From a phage: a DNA stretch of 64,000 bases. Location: sequence record PZ862964.1; one strand, given 5' to 3'. The translations under genes and the position numbers were made by a program. Shown here piece by piece: positions 46,205 to 59,037 of the stretch. The stretch's first letter is position 1. Every line of letters starts with the position of its first letter. The notes beneath the pieces were generated by a model. The model was not told the DNA's origin. It did no database searches and saw nothing but the letters and a program-made list of their open reading frames with translations.

Positions 46205-46220
46205 GGGGCCTTGCGGCCCC
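46205..46220 (-). terminator. Terminator hairpin after wac
   Basis: ggggcc-ttgc-ggcccc followed on - strand by AAAGGAUUUUAAAU. Confidence 0.65.
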
Positions 46221-46223
46221 ATG

Positions 46224-47687
46224 TTATGCTGGTGATAAAAAGGTAGAAAGCAATACCCATTCGCCGTCTTTACGAACGTAAGCTTGCCCATCTCTTGGAG
46301 CTTCAGGAATATAACCGGCTTCTTGGAGAGCTTGAACATCGCCTTGTAAAGAAGATATATTGCCTTTAGCTGTATTCACTTCCTGTGTAACTGATGCAAT
46401 GTTGGTTTCGTTAGCTTTTATTGAATTGGTTAATCCGCGTTCTTCAACAGTTGAACCGTTTGGATTAGTTCCATTTACTAAAGTATTTAACGCTACAACT
46501 TGCCCTTTAATTCCTGTGCTGTTATTACCAATCTCTACTTGTAGGTTTTGAACATCGTTATTCAAGCCTGAAACAGAAGTTTCAATTGTAGAAACTCGGT
46601 TTAAAAGAGACCCAGGAGGAGAAGGTTGTCCACCGCTAGAATCAGTTCCAACAATTTGGTTTAACCACGAAACATTCGCTCTTAAACCAGATGAAGTGTT
46701 TTCACCGACGATTCCATTTAGAGATTCGATTGAAGTTGTATTATCTTTAATTTGGCCTTTAATACTCGAAGGAATATCATCTGAACCGATAGAAGTTTCT
46801 ATAACGGTTAAACGCTGTTTAATACCTCCACTTTGATTTAGCTCTAAATTAATAGATGCAATATTATCAGTGTTTGTATTAACACTCGTAATAATCGAAT
46901 TATTTCCCGGATATCCTATTGAGGTCTTAATAGCACTAATGTCAGACTCAACTGTTGTCTGTTTAGTGTCAATTTCATTTAAACGACTATAAACAGTTTG
47001 GGAAAATGACGGCGGTTTCGGTCCAAGCTCTTCACGAAGATTGCCAACTTCAATAGTCAAAGAACCTACATCAGATTCAATAAATTTTGTTTCTAATTCG
47101 CTTAAACGTATTCCCTGTGAAGTAATGACATCAGTATTATTAATAATACGATGCTTCATTCCACTACTAGGATTTCCTACAACAGGAAGACCATTAATAT
47201 CTTGACCAGTGTATTGTCCAAGTTCACGCTTTATCCACAGTAAATCATTTCTGATCGTTCTGTATACAGAGTTGGCCTCGGAGTTAAATGGACCAATATC
47301 GGCAAGAATACTGTCAACCGTATTATTAGTTCCATTTAATATTTCTGTGTGTTCACTGGTTAGCGTTTTGAGGTCAGAAATATCCTTTTTATTGATACCT
47401 ATTTGGGCCAAAGCTTCAATATCACCAGATACATCTAAGATGCCCTGAATTGTTTTAATATCACTATTTGCGGTTTCTAAAGATGTTTTAAGTATTCCAA
47501 TGTTTTTATCGAGAACTTCAACATTTCTTAGTACAGAAACTGTAGGTCTATTCATTGAACCTTCACTTCCATACTGTGTGTCAGCTCCTAATATTTCTTC
47601 GCCGTTTTTAATCCAGGAAATGCGGCTCTGGCCCTCTGCAGGAGGGCCGTCAACGAATGGTAAGTCATTCAGTACAATATCTGTCAT
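46224..47687 (-). CDS. wac: Fibritin (whisker/collar fibre)
   Basis: 487 aa, matching T4 fibritin; heptad-rich segmented coiled coil; C-terminal foldon-like [27 protein letters not shown]. Confidence 0.95.
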   Translation of the reverse strand: MTDIVLNDLPFVDGPPAEGQSRISWIKNGEEILGADTQYGSEGSMNRPTVSVLRNVEVLDKNIGILKTSLETANSDIKTIQGILDVSGDIEALAQIGINKKDISDLKTLTSEHTEILNGTNNTVDSILADIGPFNSEANSVYRTIRNDLLWIKRELGQYTGQDINGLPVVGNPSSGMKHRIINNTDVITSQGIRLSELETKFIESDVGSLTIEVGNLREELGPKPPSFSQTVYSRLNEIDTKQTTVESDISAIKTSIGYPGNNSIITSVNTNTDNIASINLELNQSGGIKQRLTVIETSIGSDDIPSSIKGQIKDNTTSIESLNGIVGENTSSGLRANVSWLNQIVGTDSSGGQPSPPGSLLNRVSTIETSVSGLNNDVQNLQVEIGNNSTGIKGQVVALNTLVNGTNPNGSTVEERGLTNSIKANETNIASVTQEVNTAKGNISSLQGDVQALQEAGYIPEAPRDGQAYVRKDGEWVLLSTFLSPA

Positions 47688-49267
47688 TCTTTTACCTTAA
47701 TTATGTAGTTTAAAGAAATGTTCCATGGACGTGTTTCATTTCCAATTAATTCGGGACGATTTAATGTATATCTGGAATTTCGTTGTGATGCTGGGTCAAT
47801 TTCATATCCATCATTGGTGAAGTATGAACGGTTATCCCAGTCAAGTCCTTTACGTGTACCAACAAAATTTGATCTACGGGTATTACCGAATGCCCCAGAA
47901 TCATCCCATTCACCAAATCCGCCAGCATGTTTATGATAAGACATCTGCTGTTTCTGTACTTCACCAACATATCCACCAGTACAACCTACACCTAATCTAG
48001 GTTTACCAAATTGGTCATTACCATTAACATTTGGATTTGTTAAGTGAGAGCCACGACCAGAACCACGAACAAAAAGACCACGCATGTCAGGCAATCCAGG
48101 ATTTGATGAGCTTCCGCCATATCTTGTTCCAATTCTAGAAGCATATAATGGACAATCTGACGCTGAAACGGTTCCACCATGGCAAAAACGCCAAGCATCA
48201 CTAGGAAGACTATCAGCGGCCCACATCATAATAGCTCCGACAGGAATAGTTCTATCAATTTCATTTTGTGTTACGACACGCTTACCTTGAATATAACCAC
48301 CGGTCATGTTAACTGTTCCGGTAATATTTGCTCCACCTGAAGCTATCGTGAGCGTGTTATTAATGCGGAGTGTTCCATTAATCGTTTGACCACCTCTTTG
48401 GTGGATAACATCAGCATTCCAAGCTAGTGCTGATGAAGCATCACCTCCACTCTGTGAGCCGGCAGTTGTAGTTAATTTAACTACGCCTCTCATTGACGTT
48501 GTAGAACCACGACCATTAAGAGTTGCGCCAGTAACTGCAACGGAAGCATTATTCGAGTTAACTTCTGACTGTGTTCCTAATTTAATTACGCCTTTATATT
48601 CTTCAGTAGCAGATGAATTCATAAACGTATAAGGAGAAATTGCATAGCCTTCTCTTAAAGTTCCCTGACGAACCTGTGCTACTGTTGCTAATTGAACAAC
48701 GCCCTGGTCAGACTCTGTAGCTGTAGTTTCAGAAGGAGCAATTTGCGCAATTAATTTAATAGCTAACTGCTGTGTTTTTAATGGAGTCATTGCAGTAGTA
48801 TCATCTGCACCAGCTAATGCTTGCGGTAGAGATGAAATTTTAATAACACCATTTGAGGATTCAGTTGAAACACGAGTTTCAAACGCATTATTAAGAGCAA
48901 CAGTAAATTTAGCTGGAGTTATAGAAGATTCATTATTAACTCCGGCAATGGCTTCATCATTGGTTGAATATCTTGTTAATCCGTAAACAGTTTCAGTTGC
49001 GTTTGGATATGATAATCTTGTTGCCAACGTTGCTGGTGTAACTGCTTTGGTATTATTAGTTCCATCTATAACTTCCTGTTCAGTGGCAAGAAATAAAATT
49101 CCCTTTGTTGTTGACGATGCATCAGGAACTCCATTTACGCCAGCAGGAGAAATGGCTGCTATAGCAGCCTGAACATCAGTAATCTCTGGTGGAAAATTCG
49201 TATCGGTAGGATCAAATTTTACATAACGAGATTCATTAGAAACGTGTTGATATGTATTATTACTCAT
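47684..49267 (-). CDS. 12: Short tail fibre gp12
   Basis: 527 aa, matching T4 gp12; synteny. Confidence 0.92.
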   Translation of the reverse strand: MSNNTYQHVSNESRYVKFDPTDTNFPPEITDVQAAIAAISPAGVNGVPDASSTTKGILFLATEQEVIDGTNNTKAVTPATLATRLSYPNATETVYGLTRYSTNDEAIAGVNNESSITPAKFTVALNNAFETRVSTESSNGVIKISSLPQALAGADDTTAMTPLKTQQLAIKLIAQIAPSETTATESDQGVVQLATVAQVRQGTLREGYAISPYTFMNSSATEEYKGVIKLGTQSEVNSNNASVAVTGATLNGRGSTTSMRGVVKLTTTAGSQSGGDASSALAWNADVIHQRGGQTINGTLRINNTLTIASGGANITGTVNMTGGYIQGKRVVTQNEIDRTIPVGAIMMWAADSLPSDAWRFCHGGTVSASDCPLYASRIGTRYGGSSSNPGLPDMRGLFVRGSGRGSHLTNPNVNGNDQFGKPRLGVGCTGGYVGEVQKQQMSYHKHAGGFGEWDDSGAFGNTRRSNFVGTRKGLDWDNRSYFTNDGYEIDPASQRNSRYTLNRPELIGNETRPWNISLNYIIKVKE

Positions 49268-49923
49268 GCTGTTCTCTCAAAATGATAAAATACTGTAGGA
49301 GTCTGCTGATTATCTAAAGTTACAGTTTGTGCGCCCAATAAATTCCATGTACCATAGCCAGGTTTAGACTCAGAAATAATTTCCTGCGAAATAGTTATTC
49401 CGTATGTAGAATATGTGCTTAATACATGTTTTTGATTATCTAAATAAGTAACTTCTAATTTACTACCATCTGTTGGATGGTCTTTATATGAGTTGATAGC
49501 AGTAAATGACGCAATAGCTTCTTGAAGGGCAACACGAACTTTTGCAACAAACTCAATTGCCGTCATTCCAGTTGTTGCTGAAACTGGAAGACCAAATACT
49601 AATACCGTAACAGGAGAACCCGGAGGAAGAGAATCGTCTGTTACAGTTCCAGAAAATGCCCAATAATCAGTTTGAGAAACACCCTCAGGAGAAACACCAG
49701 TTTTATTAGTAATAATTGTACCAACGTCTTTTATAGAAAAATTATGAACGTCATTAATAGCTGATTCTACGTTTGGTTCATAAAATCCTTTCGCTAATTG
49801 AGAAATTGTCACTGACCCAACTGATTGACGATTCATTACATCTATATTACCAGCTTTAGGTCTAAAACCAAGAAAATCGGCTAAGCGGGAAATAACTCCC
49901 GCTTTATTATTAAGTAAACTCAT
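49264..49923 (-). CDS. 11: Baseplate wedge / short-fibre attachment gp11
   Basis: 219 aa from ATG 49923 (ORF-track start 49941 is a TTG extension); matches T4 gp11 length. Confidence 0.88.
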   Translation of the reverse strand: MSLLNNKAGVISRLADFLGFRPKAGNIDVMNRQSVGSVTISQLAKGFYEPNVESAINDVHNFSIKDVGTIITNKTGVSPEGVSQTDYWAFSGTVTDDSLPPGSPVTVLVFGLPVSATTGMTAIEFVAKVRVALQEAIASFTAINSYKDHPTDGSKLEVTYLDNQKHVLSTYSTYGITISQEIISESKPGYGTWNLLGAQTVTLDNQQTPTVFYHFERTA

Positions 49924-51731
49924 TATGCAATCCTTATCCAACGATAAACTGTAATATATGGTTGAATGTTAGTTATTGATGTTGGCGGAGTGTGAGTAGA
50001 GTTAGTAGATGCTTTAGCTTCACGGTATTTCGTGTAAACTGGACCAGATTCATCTGGATCGTATTGACATCCACCAACAATGACTGATCCATTTTCATCA
50101 ACTATTAGAACTTCTTCATCTGTTTCGGTTGCAGGAAGATTAGCATTTTCCAATGTAACAGAAGTAGAACCACCTGTTCCACCTGCAGTATGCGAAGGAT
50201 TTCCACCCGAATCTAAATCGTTGTTATTTAGAGCAAAGTTAGGGTCCGAAATATCTTCATTCCATCCAACTAAAACTTTTCCTTGCCCAAATAATTTCCA
50301 TGAGCCGAATCCCATATATGTAACAGGGTTATTTGGATTAACAGCGTTTTCATATATAGTTCCAATAGGATAAATCGTATCAAAGATATTTGAAACAGCA
50401 TTAAATTCACGTTGATAAGATTGAACTGCTTCTACATTTGGCCAACCAATTTTATCGAAGTCTGTTAAATTTACATCACCAGAAATATCTACTCCCGGTC
50501 CTTGCGATACATAGAGATTATCAGTTTCATCAATAATCTCATCTTTTGTCAATAATGTACCCAAATCATTATTAAACCAGGTGATATTGATAATGTCACC
50601 ATGCTCAAATACTCTATCGAAATGTAAAATTTCCGGTATGCCGTTTTCATCAGTTTCAACTGAATAATCGGTATGAGATTGTTCCCAAGTTCCACCTAAA
50701 ACAGAGCATTCTACTTCATCGTCTGAATCAGCACCAACACAATGAAATAATGGCATTCCAACTGTTCCAGCCAATTCCTGCAAAATCCCGTTAAAACGAA
50801 CCTCAAGAGAGTTAGGATTAATAGGTTCTCCTGGAATTAATCCAAAAGCAGAAAATGGAATTGATTTCATTGTTGATAAATCAGTAACGTAAATGCTTCC
50901 TTCTAAAGAAGTTTTTGACGTTAATTTTGAATCTAACAATCTAATTTGACGTCTTGTATATGAACTTCTCCATTGCGATACACCATCCATAAATGTTTCA
51001 ATTTGAACAGTGTCACCAATATTACAAGGCTGTCTTAATCGAATATTAAATCCATCAAGAGGAACTAGTTCTCCTTCATTTTCGCCCGGAGAGCCAAAAT
51101 CGCTATTTTCACTAAATACATCGCCGTAATACAATTCGTTACCACGATGTTTTACTCTGATGTTATTTACATTATAACTAGTTCCACGGAAAACATCTAA
51201 AAAGTCCGTTTGTCCTTGAACTTCAACTAAAAATTCTTTGCGAGCTACATTACTAATGTCTGAACTGGTAATTTTGTCGATTTGTTTATTTTTGACATAT
51301 TCCCAACGTCCTGGGGCACAATACACTAGTTCTAAATCGCTGAATTGAACATTAATTTCAACTGGCACTGCAGACCCTTTAATCGTATCGCCGGAAGCAG
51401 CTACTAGTGTAACTGGGTTGACGTTCCATGTAGCAAATACGTCTCTAGCTCTAATTACCTTGTTGTAATCATTAACTGTACCCTTTGGAAGATTTATAGT
51501 CACTCTTCCAGAAGATGTATTAATAGCGTATGATTTTCCCCATTCTGCTGTTAATGTTTGTCCTGATGAAGCATTATAAGTTTTCCAGGCACCGGCTGAA
51601 TATGGAACATCACCATCACCGAGTTCATAATAAAGCTCATCAAAGTTTTCATTTATTTTTATACCACCTTTACGCAGGTAGTCACCGGTACCATCATCTA
51701 CAACATTACCGATATTAATATTTTGTTTCAT
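49923..51731 (-). CDS. 10: Baseplate wedge gp10
   Basis: 602 aa, matching T4 gp10. Confidence 0.92.
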   Translation of the reverse strand: MKQNINIGNVVDDGTGDYLRKGGIKINENFDELYYELGDGDVPYSAGAWKTYNASSGQTLTAEWGKSYAINTSSGRVTINLPKGTVNDYNKVIRARDVFATWNVNPVTLVAASGDTIKGSAVPVEINVQFSDLELVYCAPGRWEYVKNKQIDKITSSDISNVARKEFLVEVQGQTDFLDVFRGTSYNVNNIRVKHRGNELYYGDVFSENSDFGSPGENEGELVPLDGFNIRLRQPCNIGDTVQIETFMDGVSQWRSSYTRRQIRLLDSKLTSKTSLEGSIYVTDLSTMKSIPFSAFGLIPGEPINPNSLEVRFNGILQELAGTVGMPLFHCVGADSDDEVECSVLGGTWEQSHTDYSVETDENGIPEILHFDRVFEHGDIINITWFNNDLGTLLTKDEIIDETDNLYVSQGPGVDISGDVNLTDFDKIGWPNVEAVQSYQREFNAVSNIFDTIYPIGTIYENAVNPNNPVTYMGFGSWKLFGQGKVLVGWNEDISDPNFALNNNDLDSGGNPSHTAGGTGGSTSVTLENANLPATETDEEVLIVDENGSVIVGGCQYDPDESGPVYTKYREAKASTNSTHTPPTSITNIQPYITVYRWIRIA

Positions 51732-52597
51732 TATTGAGCCACCCCGATTTTCTGCGTAGCGATAACTTTAACTGCTGCTCTCATACCGACAGTTGAAGAA
51801 CTTATAGTCGCCGTTATATAGTTTTCTTTAATACTAAATGCAATATTAGCGATTTCGTCTTCTTCGGTTTCATTCCCAACTCGCATGACAGCATATTCAG
51901 AAGAAATTACCTCTGAATTAACAGTATCCACAAGAATATTTATTTCTGCTGTTTTAATTTTTCTTCCATCTACCGATTGGCACGTAACTAGCAATTTAGC
52001 CATATTGTATTCAGTGCGATGAAATAATGGAATGTCAACTGATCCAGATGTAGAAATATTCCATGTACCTTCAGCTGGTGATTCCTTTTGTCCAAACATA
52101 CTTTCAATAGAATAATTCCAAACCGAAGTAGAATTATCAGATGAAATACAGCGTAAAGTAACTTTACTATATGGGCTAGTTACTACTAAATTACCCGAAA
52201 CACCTTTAATTGAATCAATAGCTTGAATTGTTAAAGGATTAGTAACTGATATTGATCCATTTGAGTTAATAAATTCAACACAGTCGCCGAGTTCGCCTCT
52301 TTCAATGATAACTTTAACACCTACAGTAGAGGTATCAATATCATGTCTAGTGCCAACTTTCACTGGAGTTGCGTACTCTGTAATAGAGTGTTTTTGATAA
52401 TATCCAGTAGCATGGATAATTTGACCATCTGCTCCAGTGCCATTTGCTACTGCCATTTTACGCTGATCGCCAAACGCATTATAAATTGCGTTAAAATCAC
52501 TATTAATTTTATTACCACCGTCGAATAAGATATCACCAGTAGAAGCGTTACCAATTTCGCCGGTATCAATCAATTTCTTTGGTTCTTGAATGAACAT
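51731..52597 (-). CDS. 9: Baseplate wedge / long-fibre socket gp9
   Basis: 288 aa, matching T4 gp9. Confidence 0.9.
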   Translation of the reverse strand: MFIQEPKKLIDTGEIGNASTGDILFDGGNKINSDFNAIYNAFGDQRKMAVANGTGADGQIIHATGYYQKHSITEYATPVKVGTRHDIDTSTVGVKVIIERGELGDCVEFINSNGSISVTNPLTIQAIDSIKGVSGNLVVTSPYSKVTLRCISSDNSTSVWNYSIESMFGQKESPAEGTWNISTSGSVDIPLFHRTEYNMAKLLVTCQSVDGRKIKTAEINILVDTVNSEVISSEYAVMRVGNETEEDEIANIAFSIKENYITATISSSTVGMRAAVKVIATQKIGVAQ

Positions 52598-52621
52598 AGC
52601 GGTTTCCTTATGAGTTTATAG

Positions 52622-52629
52622 TATTTATA
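52622..52629 (-). promoter_or_regulatory. Late promoter TATAAATA for gene 9
   Basis: tatttata on + 25 nt upstream of gene 9 ATG. Confidence 0.6.
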
Positions 52630-52637
52630 AAGAAAAA

Positions 52638-52655
52638 GGGAGCCCATGGGCTCCC
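52638..52655 (-). terminator. Palindromic hairpin after gene 8
   Basis: gggagccc-atg-ggctccc perfect palindrome between gene 8 stop and gene 9 promoter. Confidence 0.6.
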
Positions 52656-52660
52656 TTAAT

Positions 52661-53665
52661 TTAAAATGTAAACAGAATATTGATTTCTTCTGTTTGATCC
52701 ATTGCCATAATAATAGGTGGCCTATTTTCCATATAAATCATTTCGCCCGAATGCCTCATTAAATCTTCCGGATCATAATAATCCTTTTCAGCTTTAACGT
52801 TTGGGTCATTTGGATGAGCTTTAGCTTCAAGAGGATTCGTGATTATTGATATTTGTCTAAATCCTTTATTTCCTGGCAATGCAGCTTCAGGAAAATAAAC
52901 TGAATCTAAATATGCTTTAAAACGGATAGTATTTGCCTTAACACGGTAAATTAATCCAAAATCATCTTGTTGCCAAGTGAGATTATCTTCATATCCCCAT
53001 CTAGTCGGGTCTTCTTTTAATTCCTCAGGCCAAGGAACCACGATATATTCATTCGTGCATCTATTTATAGATACATCAGGCGGAATCTCAAATAGATATT
53101 CCCATACATACCCGTCTCCAGGTTCAATTGTTCCTTCAGCATCTCCTCGACCTTCAGGAGGAGTCATTGACCTAGCAGAAGGAGTCCATTTTCCACCTAA
53201 TTTGAGGCATTCATCTTTATCAGTTAAAGATGAGATTGAACACATTCCGGTATCAGGAACATCTAAACAACGATATACTAACCAGCCTGCGCCTGATTCA
53301 GTAGCATTGTAAGGAGCTGAGTTACACACTACAATATCGTTAATTCTAAATGTGTATGGATCCGGATATCTAGTATCTCCCCAATCTCTGCGAGGAATAA
53401 CAGCATCAAGCATTGATGGAAGAACCTTTACTGTTCCCATCATATGCGTCCACATGTCAGTTACGCCTAATACAGAATCGGTTGGATAAGGTGGGGCAAA
53501 GCCCACCTCATTTTCATTTGATGACCACGGTTCTGATCTTCCAAATGTGATAAAGATAGTGTTTTTATCCGGACCACTTCCAATTGAATTATAAAAATTC
53601 AACATTTTTTCTGTTCTAAATTTTGAAGTAACTATCGCACGATAGATAACACTTGAATCATTCAT
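52661..53665 (-). CDS. 8: Baseplate wedge gp8
   Basis: 334 aa, matching T4 gp8. Confidence 0.9.
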   Translation of the reverse strand: MNDSSVIYRAIVTSKFRTEKMLNFYNSIGSGPDKNTIFITFGRSEPWSSNENEVGFAPPYPTDSVLGVTDMWTHMMGTVKVLPSMLDAVIPRRDWGDTRYPDPYTFRINDIVVCNSAPYNATESGAGWLVYRCLDVPDTGMCSISSLTDKDECLKLGGKWTPSARSMTPPEGRGDAEGTIEPGDGYVWEYLFEIPPDVSINRCTNEYIVVPWPEELKEDPTRWGYEDNLTWQQDDFGLIYRVKANTIRFKAYLDSVYFPEAALPGNKGFRQISIITNPLEAKAHPNDPNVKAEKDYYDPEDLMRHSGEMIYMENRPPIIMAMDQTEEINILFTF

Positions 53666-56600
53666 CTATTTTAACCTGTGTTGGATTTTCAGGGTCTCTT
53701 GGATTTCCTATATTGTCTTTTAGACGTTTATTAACTAAATCTCTAAATTGCGCAAATGTTGTTCCAGATGCATCAAATAAAGGACTCATTAATTTACGTC
53801 GTTCAGACGGCAATTGACCTTGAAATATTGAATTATTATTTTCAGCATTATAGTCATCAGGAAGAGGATATTCTACACCAGCCATTGGGCCAGGCTCATA
53901 AATTGCTTCGCCTGTTACTGAATCATGCTCAATTTCACCAGCTGGAGTTAATTTAGCTACTCTATCAGCATATTCAGTAGGCAATCCAGAATCCCATTTA
54001 TAGTTTTTGTATTTATTAATTATAGTCTCTGTATGTTTAAGAGTTAAACCAACATTAATAAACATCGTTAAAAGGGTAATTGCTATAAATCCAAATCCTA
54101 CTGGATGAACAAAACGAATAACGTCAGATTTCCAACGAGAAGAAGGTAAATTGGATTTAATTTTCATTACATAATATGATCGACTTCTATTAATATAGTC
54201 TATATTATTTTGAAGCAAATCCTTTCCTTTAACCCCACGAATAATTTCGCCTTCAAAACTAGGAAGTCTTTCTGCTTTAACTTCTTGGCCAGCAATTAAT
54301 CGTCCCAAAAGATTATGAATAGTTACGGTCCATTGCAATTTACCATTAGAATAGCTTCTTTCTATATAAGTAACATTACATCTTCCTGTAGCTGTATAAA
54401 TCGTTTGTCCTACTAAGTCTTCAGTCAAAGAATCAGATTGAACAATTATATCATATTCAGTACCAGCCCCAGATTCAATTTCAATTTCAACCTCTTCATT
54501 ATAAAGAACTTTAAAAAGAAATTTGTATGATGCTTCAATTCCTTTAGTAGAATAAAAATCATAGCTACGTGATTCAAAGAATCTCGCAACAGCATCACGT
54601 TTATCAGCATTTAAATAAATGTTTCTTTTATATATCTCTGACCACAAATATTCCCATGCATGCTCTTCTCGTGGATACTGATTACGAATAAGATTCCGTA
54701 AATTATTATATTGAGTTCCGTATCCATCAGAAAGATATTGAATATATGCTTCGCAAAATGCCTCAAAATTCGAATCCTGTAACAAATAAGAATCAGGCAT
54801 CATTGTGCCAATTAATGGTCTTAAATCTGGGTCAGCTAATCCACGCTCTTCTTCTGGCGACCAAGGAGTCTCATGCTCTTGGTTTTGTAAAAATGCTTTT
54901 AAAAATACTTCAGTTGGCTTCCAAATAATTTCTACTGTATCTCTCACACGATAGTTAAAATCATAGTAAGAAATTATTTCACCGGAGGCTTTGTAGAAAA
55001 GCATTCCTGATGCGTATTTTTTAAATCCAGTGAATTTAACATTTGGCATTACTATAGTACAATCACCATCATCCCAGTATTCATGAACTAATCTATCTGG
55101 TGATGTTTCCGGGATATTTTCTATAACTTTAGTGTATTTTAAATCAGCATAAACTACTACAGCTCTATCAGAGTTGTTTATCCAACAGCGTGTGTTAGAT
55201 TTTTTAGACCAGTTAAAGAATGGTTCTGCGTAGTATTTCATTGGTTGAGGAGTAAAAGTCTCCCAATCAGATGTTTCATCCGCTATAAATGCCATCATAT
55301 GATAATGCTTATCAGTTAACCATTCACGAGGAAATTCATATTTAACAGCACCGATTAACTGATATTTCACCACAGTTTCAGGGTCATTAACAACATTATC
55401 ACTTAAAAATTTAAAATTACTCGAAGACAGAGAAACTAATTTACCATCAGTTGACATATTCGCATATCCGGGTTGAATACGTCTTCTTTCTTCTTCGGTA
55501 TTACCGAAAACTCTTTTCCATGTCTTTTCGTCATGATTTAAAACATATATTCCTTTATCAGCGGAATCAATTATTTTTGATGTTCTAGGATTAGCATTTA
55601 ATGTTTCAACTTCACCAATAATAAGCGCAAAAACTTTATCACCGATAGAATCCATTTTATAGCATACTGCTTTAGGATTTCCAGTTATAGTCATTGTATC
55701 GGGTTCAAAAAGTCTTTCCGAATATGTTGGAGATAATGGATCAGAATCTATAGGTGCATTACTCGTTTTTATGTATCTAACTTTGTCTCTGGCGACAACG
55801 TAAATGTAATCATCTGTACAAGTAATAGCTTCTGCAATGCGGTATACATTCGCTGGTAAAGTCGCGTAAGTGGCAAAAATTTCTACATCAAATCCTAGAT
55901 GTAATTGGTCACCAAGTTTAGCAAATGTTATATCTTGCGAACTAAATCTGACATCATCAGCTGACCATCTAACATCAGTTGATTTACGGCCGTAGAAAAT
56001 CTTGTCGTATCCTAGAACGTATGTTGTGTTCGCAGATTGGTAATATACTGTCTTAGATAAAGGATATCCTACACGGTCATTGAAGAGCTTCACAGCTTTC
56101 CAGGTTTGTCCTTTATCATTAGATACTTTAACTATAGGTTGATAACGCTCAAAAAGATATAGAATCCCTTCTGATTCCATCAAATAAACACGGTTAATAT
56201 CCTTACATACTTGCTGAATAGAACCTTGTATTTCATGATACTCATTTTCACCAATAATAAAATTACTGATTGATGAGACATCAACATACGATGGGCTGAA
56301 CTGGAACGATTCATTCATCAATGCAGCCATTATAGTGTCATTGTTAAAATTAACATAATCAGAATTATTAAGAGTGAACTTTTCCTGAATGAATTTATTA
56401 GCTAATTGCATTTCAATCATGTTTTGAAATGTATAAGCATTTGTAGCAAAAGTTTCAAACTCTTCGGTATAAATCCAATCAGACTGCTCAAAATCTTGCG
56501 CAGCTGTAGCTACTCTGATAATGTATGATGTCAATGGATCAGCATCATCAAAAAAGAAGCTGTTATTTGCAGTATATCCTAAGTTAATCCATCTGTATTG

Positions 56601-56756
56601 ATTACTCGGGAGATTTTCCCCCGAGTTTGTTTTTGTCTCAGCGATTTCTACAAAATAGTAGAAATTAGCACCAACGTCATCCCAGCGTACTTGCACCTGA
56701 TTTGCGGATAACTTGGAAATTCTGAGACTAGTGACTGAAGGTGCTTTTACTGTCAT
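53658..56756 (-). CDS. 7: Baseplate wedge gp7
   Basis: 1032 aa, matching T4 gp7. Confidence 0.93.
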   Translation of the reverse strand: MTVKAPSVTSLRISKLSANQVQVRWDDVGANFYYFVEIAETKTNSGENLPSNQYRWINLGYTANNSFFFDDADPLTSYIIRVATAAQDFEQSDWIYTEEFETFATNAYTFQNMIEMQLANKFIQEKFTLNNSDYVNFNNDTIMAALMNESFQFSPSYVDVSSISNFIIGENEYHEIQGSIQQVCKDINRVYLMESEGILYLFERYQPIVKVSNDKGQTWKAVKLFNDRVGYPLSKTVYYQSANTTYVLGYDKIFYGRKSTDVRWSADDVRFSSQDITFAKLGDQLHLGFDVEIFATYATLPANVYRIAEAITCTDDYIYVVARDKVRYIKTSNAPIDSDPLSPTYSERLFEPDTMTITGNPKAVCYKMDSIGDKVFALIIGEVETLNANPRTSKIIDSADKGIYVLNHDEKTWKRVFGNTEEERRRIQPGYANMSTDGKLVSLSSSNFKFLSDNVVNDPETVVKYQLIGAVKYEFPREWLTDKHYHMMAFIADETSDWETFTPQPMKYYAEPFFNWSKKSNTRCWINNSDRAVVVYADLKYTKVIENIPETSPDRLVHEYWDDGDCTIVMPNVKFTGFKKYASGMLFYKASGEIISYYDFNYRVRDTVEIIWKPTEVFLKAFLQNQEHETPWSPEEERGLADPDLRPLIGTMMPDSYLLQDSNFEAFCEAYIQYLSDGYGTQYNNLRNLIRNQYPREEHAWEYLWSEIYKRNIYLNADKRDAVARFFESRSYDFYSTKGIEASYKFLFKVLYNEEVEIEIESGAGTEYDIIVQSDSLTEDLVGQTIYTATGRCNVTYIERSYSNGKLQWTVTIHNLLGRLIAGQEVKAERLPSFEGEIIRGVKGKDLLQNNIDYINRSRSYYVMKIKSNLPSSRWKSDVIRFVHPVGFGFIAITLLTMFINVGLTLKHTETIINKYKNYKWDSGLPTEYADRVAKLTPAGEIEHDSVTGEAIYEPGPMAGVEYPLPDDYNAENNNSIFQGQLPSERRKLMSPLFDASGTTFAQFRDLVNKRLKDNIGNPRDPENPTQVKIDE

Positions 56757-58735
56757 TGTGATATAGGCTCCAAATCGATAGTTAAGTATTGTGGACGTAA
56801 GTCATTTTCAAATACAATCAGTGAACCATCGCGAGTAAAGATAACATCATCAGTTGGGTCAGAATATAATTCAATAGTCTGAACTTCAAATTTTTCAGAT
56901 GTTAAATTAATTTTAGCGATATTCCAATAAATCATGTCAGCCGGATAATTTATTTCACCGATAACATAGTATTTGTCACGTCCATCAGAATTTGCTAATT
57001 TGTTAAAATCGTTGCCTGTATATGGCTGAATGTTTTCATTTTCTGTAACATCGCCAGAAGCAAATGGACCAATAATAACTTTACCAATTCCTTTAGAATC
57101 TCGGTCTGTTGATACTATACGAACGTCATATAATACATCTTCTTCTAAACCAGTATCAGGATTTACAACCTTTCGTCCAGAATTAAATGAAAACGTATTA
57201 GATTCCATAGAACGATCTTTTATTTGATTATTGTATTTAATACCCGCTTCAGGCGTTTTATAGAAGTTTTGTACTTCACGAACCATTTGAATAGTCGCTG
57301 ATGAACCAATGACAGAATGATCTGCATCATCTACATATGTCAACATCTTAGATTTAGCGAAAGACGAGTTAAAAATTTCTACATCTTCGGTATAATAGCG
57401 ATCAATTTTATCAATTATTTGACCTTCAAGCCACTGCTCGGATTCTTGCAGTTTATTTAAAGCATATGTGACTTTTAAATTAGTCTTAATAAAAAGATAA
57501 TTAGGAGAAATAATTGATGGCGTAATAGGAGCTAAATTATAGTCTTTGAGATAATTTTTAATATCTTCACGCTGTACGGTAGTTAAATACAGACCTGATT
57601 TAGGTTTAGCAGCAATGAATGCATACCCAGGTTTAGTAGAATCAGTGAAAGTTTGAACAGCTTGAATAATAGAACCAAATCTCTCTGAAACGAATGTATC
57701 ATAATCAGTTGCAGTTACGCAGCGTTGCTGGGTTTCGCGTTTAATAGTACCCAATTCGCGAATACGTTCAATATCTTCTGGATCACCGCCGCCATCTGCC
57801 CCAACAAAATCTGGGTCATCGTTTGGATTTTCATTAATATTGATGACAGTTATATTTGTTAATGTATCTGCGTATGAAAATCCGACTGCTCCGTTCGCGT
57901 CAGCACCATTAGTACTGATGTACTCAATGACAATCGTAGAGTTCTGAGTAGGTTTAAGACCTCCGATATAATTAGCGGTCAAAGCTCCTTCAGAAGCATT
58001 AACAGAAATTTCACCTTCACCAAAATAGAATTCAGTGTTTCCATCAATAGTTTCACGCATATAGTAAATCGTTGATGTTGAACCAGCATGAACCATTGAC
58101 TTTCTCGTCCAGTTAATCCATTCCGCTCCATCAACATATAATTTAACCTGGTTTCTATCAATATTTTTATCATAAATGATAATAGGTGTTAATTTATCAT
58201 AAATGATTTCAGTTCTTACTATACGTCCCTGGGCCAATTTTAAACGCGGAAAATATTGGTTATTTTTATCACGAATAGCAATAACGTCTTCGGTAGAAAC
58301 GAAGTTATATGGATTAACAGAAGTATCTTTTGCATATGCTAAAAAGCGAGTTCCGCGAGGAATAGTAATGTAATTCCTATTCAATGCGTCGGTGCATGTT
58401 AACATAATTTCGGTCTGCGCAGCGGATTTTGAAGTAGGTAAATATCCGTTATCTTGCGCAGCTTGAACAACTGAACTTCGTAAGTTAGCAGTACGCATAA
58501 AGCTTTCATACACAGCAGCATTACCAAACTGCTGAATGTATAATGTATTATAAGCTAAAAGGTCACACAGAACGTTTAATCTTGAGCCTTCAAAATCATA
58601 ATCCAAAAATTCATTTTGGCCATTAAGCCATTCAATGAGGTTTTGTTTTATTTCAGCAAACGTACCCCCGACGAATATCTCGGGAATAGCATTTGCTGTT
58701 CTTGTTAATTGATAATTTACAGGGGTATTTGCCAT
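56753..58735 (-). CDS. 6: Baseplate wedge gp6
   Basis: 660 aa, matching T4 gp6. Confidence 0.93.
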   Translation of the reverse strand: MANTPVNYQLTRTANAIPEIFVGGTFAEIKQNLIEWLNGQNEFLDYDFEGSRLNVLCDLLAYNTLYIQQFGNAAVYESFMRTANLRSSVVQAAQDNGYLPTSKSAAQTEIMLTCTDALNRNYITIPRGTRFLAYAKDTSVNPYNFVSTEDVIAIRDKNNQYFPRLKLAQGRIVRTEIIYDKLTPIIIYDKNIDRNQVKLYVDGAEWINWTRKSMVHAGSTSTIYYMRETIDGNTEFYFGEGEISVNASEGALTANYIGGLKPTQNSTIVIEYISTNGADANGAVGFSYADTLTNITVININENPNDDPDFVGADGGGDPEDIERIRELGTIKRETQQRCVTATDYDTFVSERFGSIIQAVQTFTDSTKPGYAFIAAKPKSGLYLTTVQREDIKNYLKDYNLAPITPSIISPNYLFIKTNLKVTYALNKLQESEQWLEGQIIDKIDRYYTEDVEIFNSSFAKSKMLTYVDDADHSVIGSSATIQMVREVQNFYKTPEAGIKYNNQIKDRSMESNTFSFNSGRKVVNPDTGLEEDVLYDVRIVSTDRDSKGIGKVIIGPFASGDVTENENIQPYTGNDFNKLANSDGRDKYYVIGEINYPADMIYWNIAKINLTSEKFEVQTIELYSDPTDDVIFTRDGSLIVFENDLRPQYLTIDLEPISQ

Positions 58736-58743
58736 TTTAAATC

Positions 58744-59037
58744 CTATTTAATGAATACTTTAGATGATGCCTGAGCCACAGTATCACCGCATGATATTGG
58801 ATCAGCCATTTGAACAGCTTTCTTTCCAGTGACATATACCTTAGAAGTTCGAGGTTGTGTCACTCCGCCATGTGTTTCATACGGCTTTTTAATTTCTGTA
58901 TGTTCTGTAATTGGATCGCCTGCTACGAGAACAGCAATTCCTCCAGTGAATACTTTACTTTGCGTAGCATTCACAACTGTTGGAGGCCACGCTTCATGGC
59001 CAGCAGTAACACACTTATCATAACTTAATCCTGACAT
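58744..59037 (-). CDS. 5.4: Baseplate central spike tip (PAAR-like) gp5.4
   Basis: 97 aa, matching T4 gp5.4; located between gene 5 and gene 6. Confidence 0.8.
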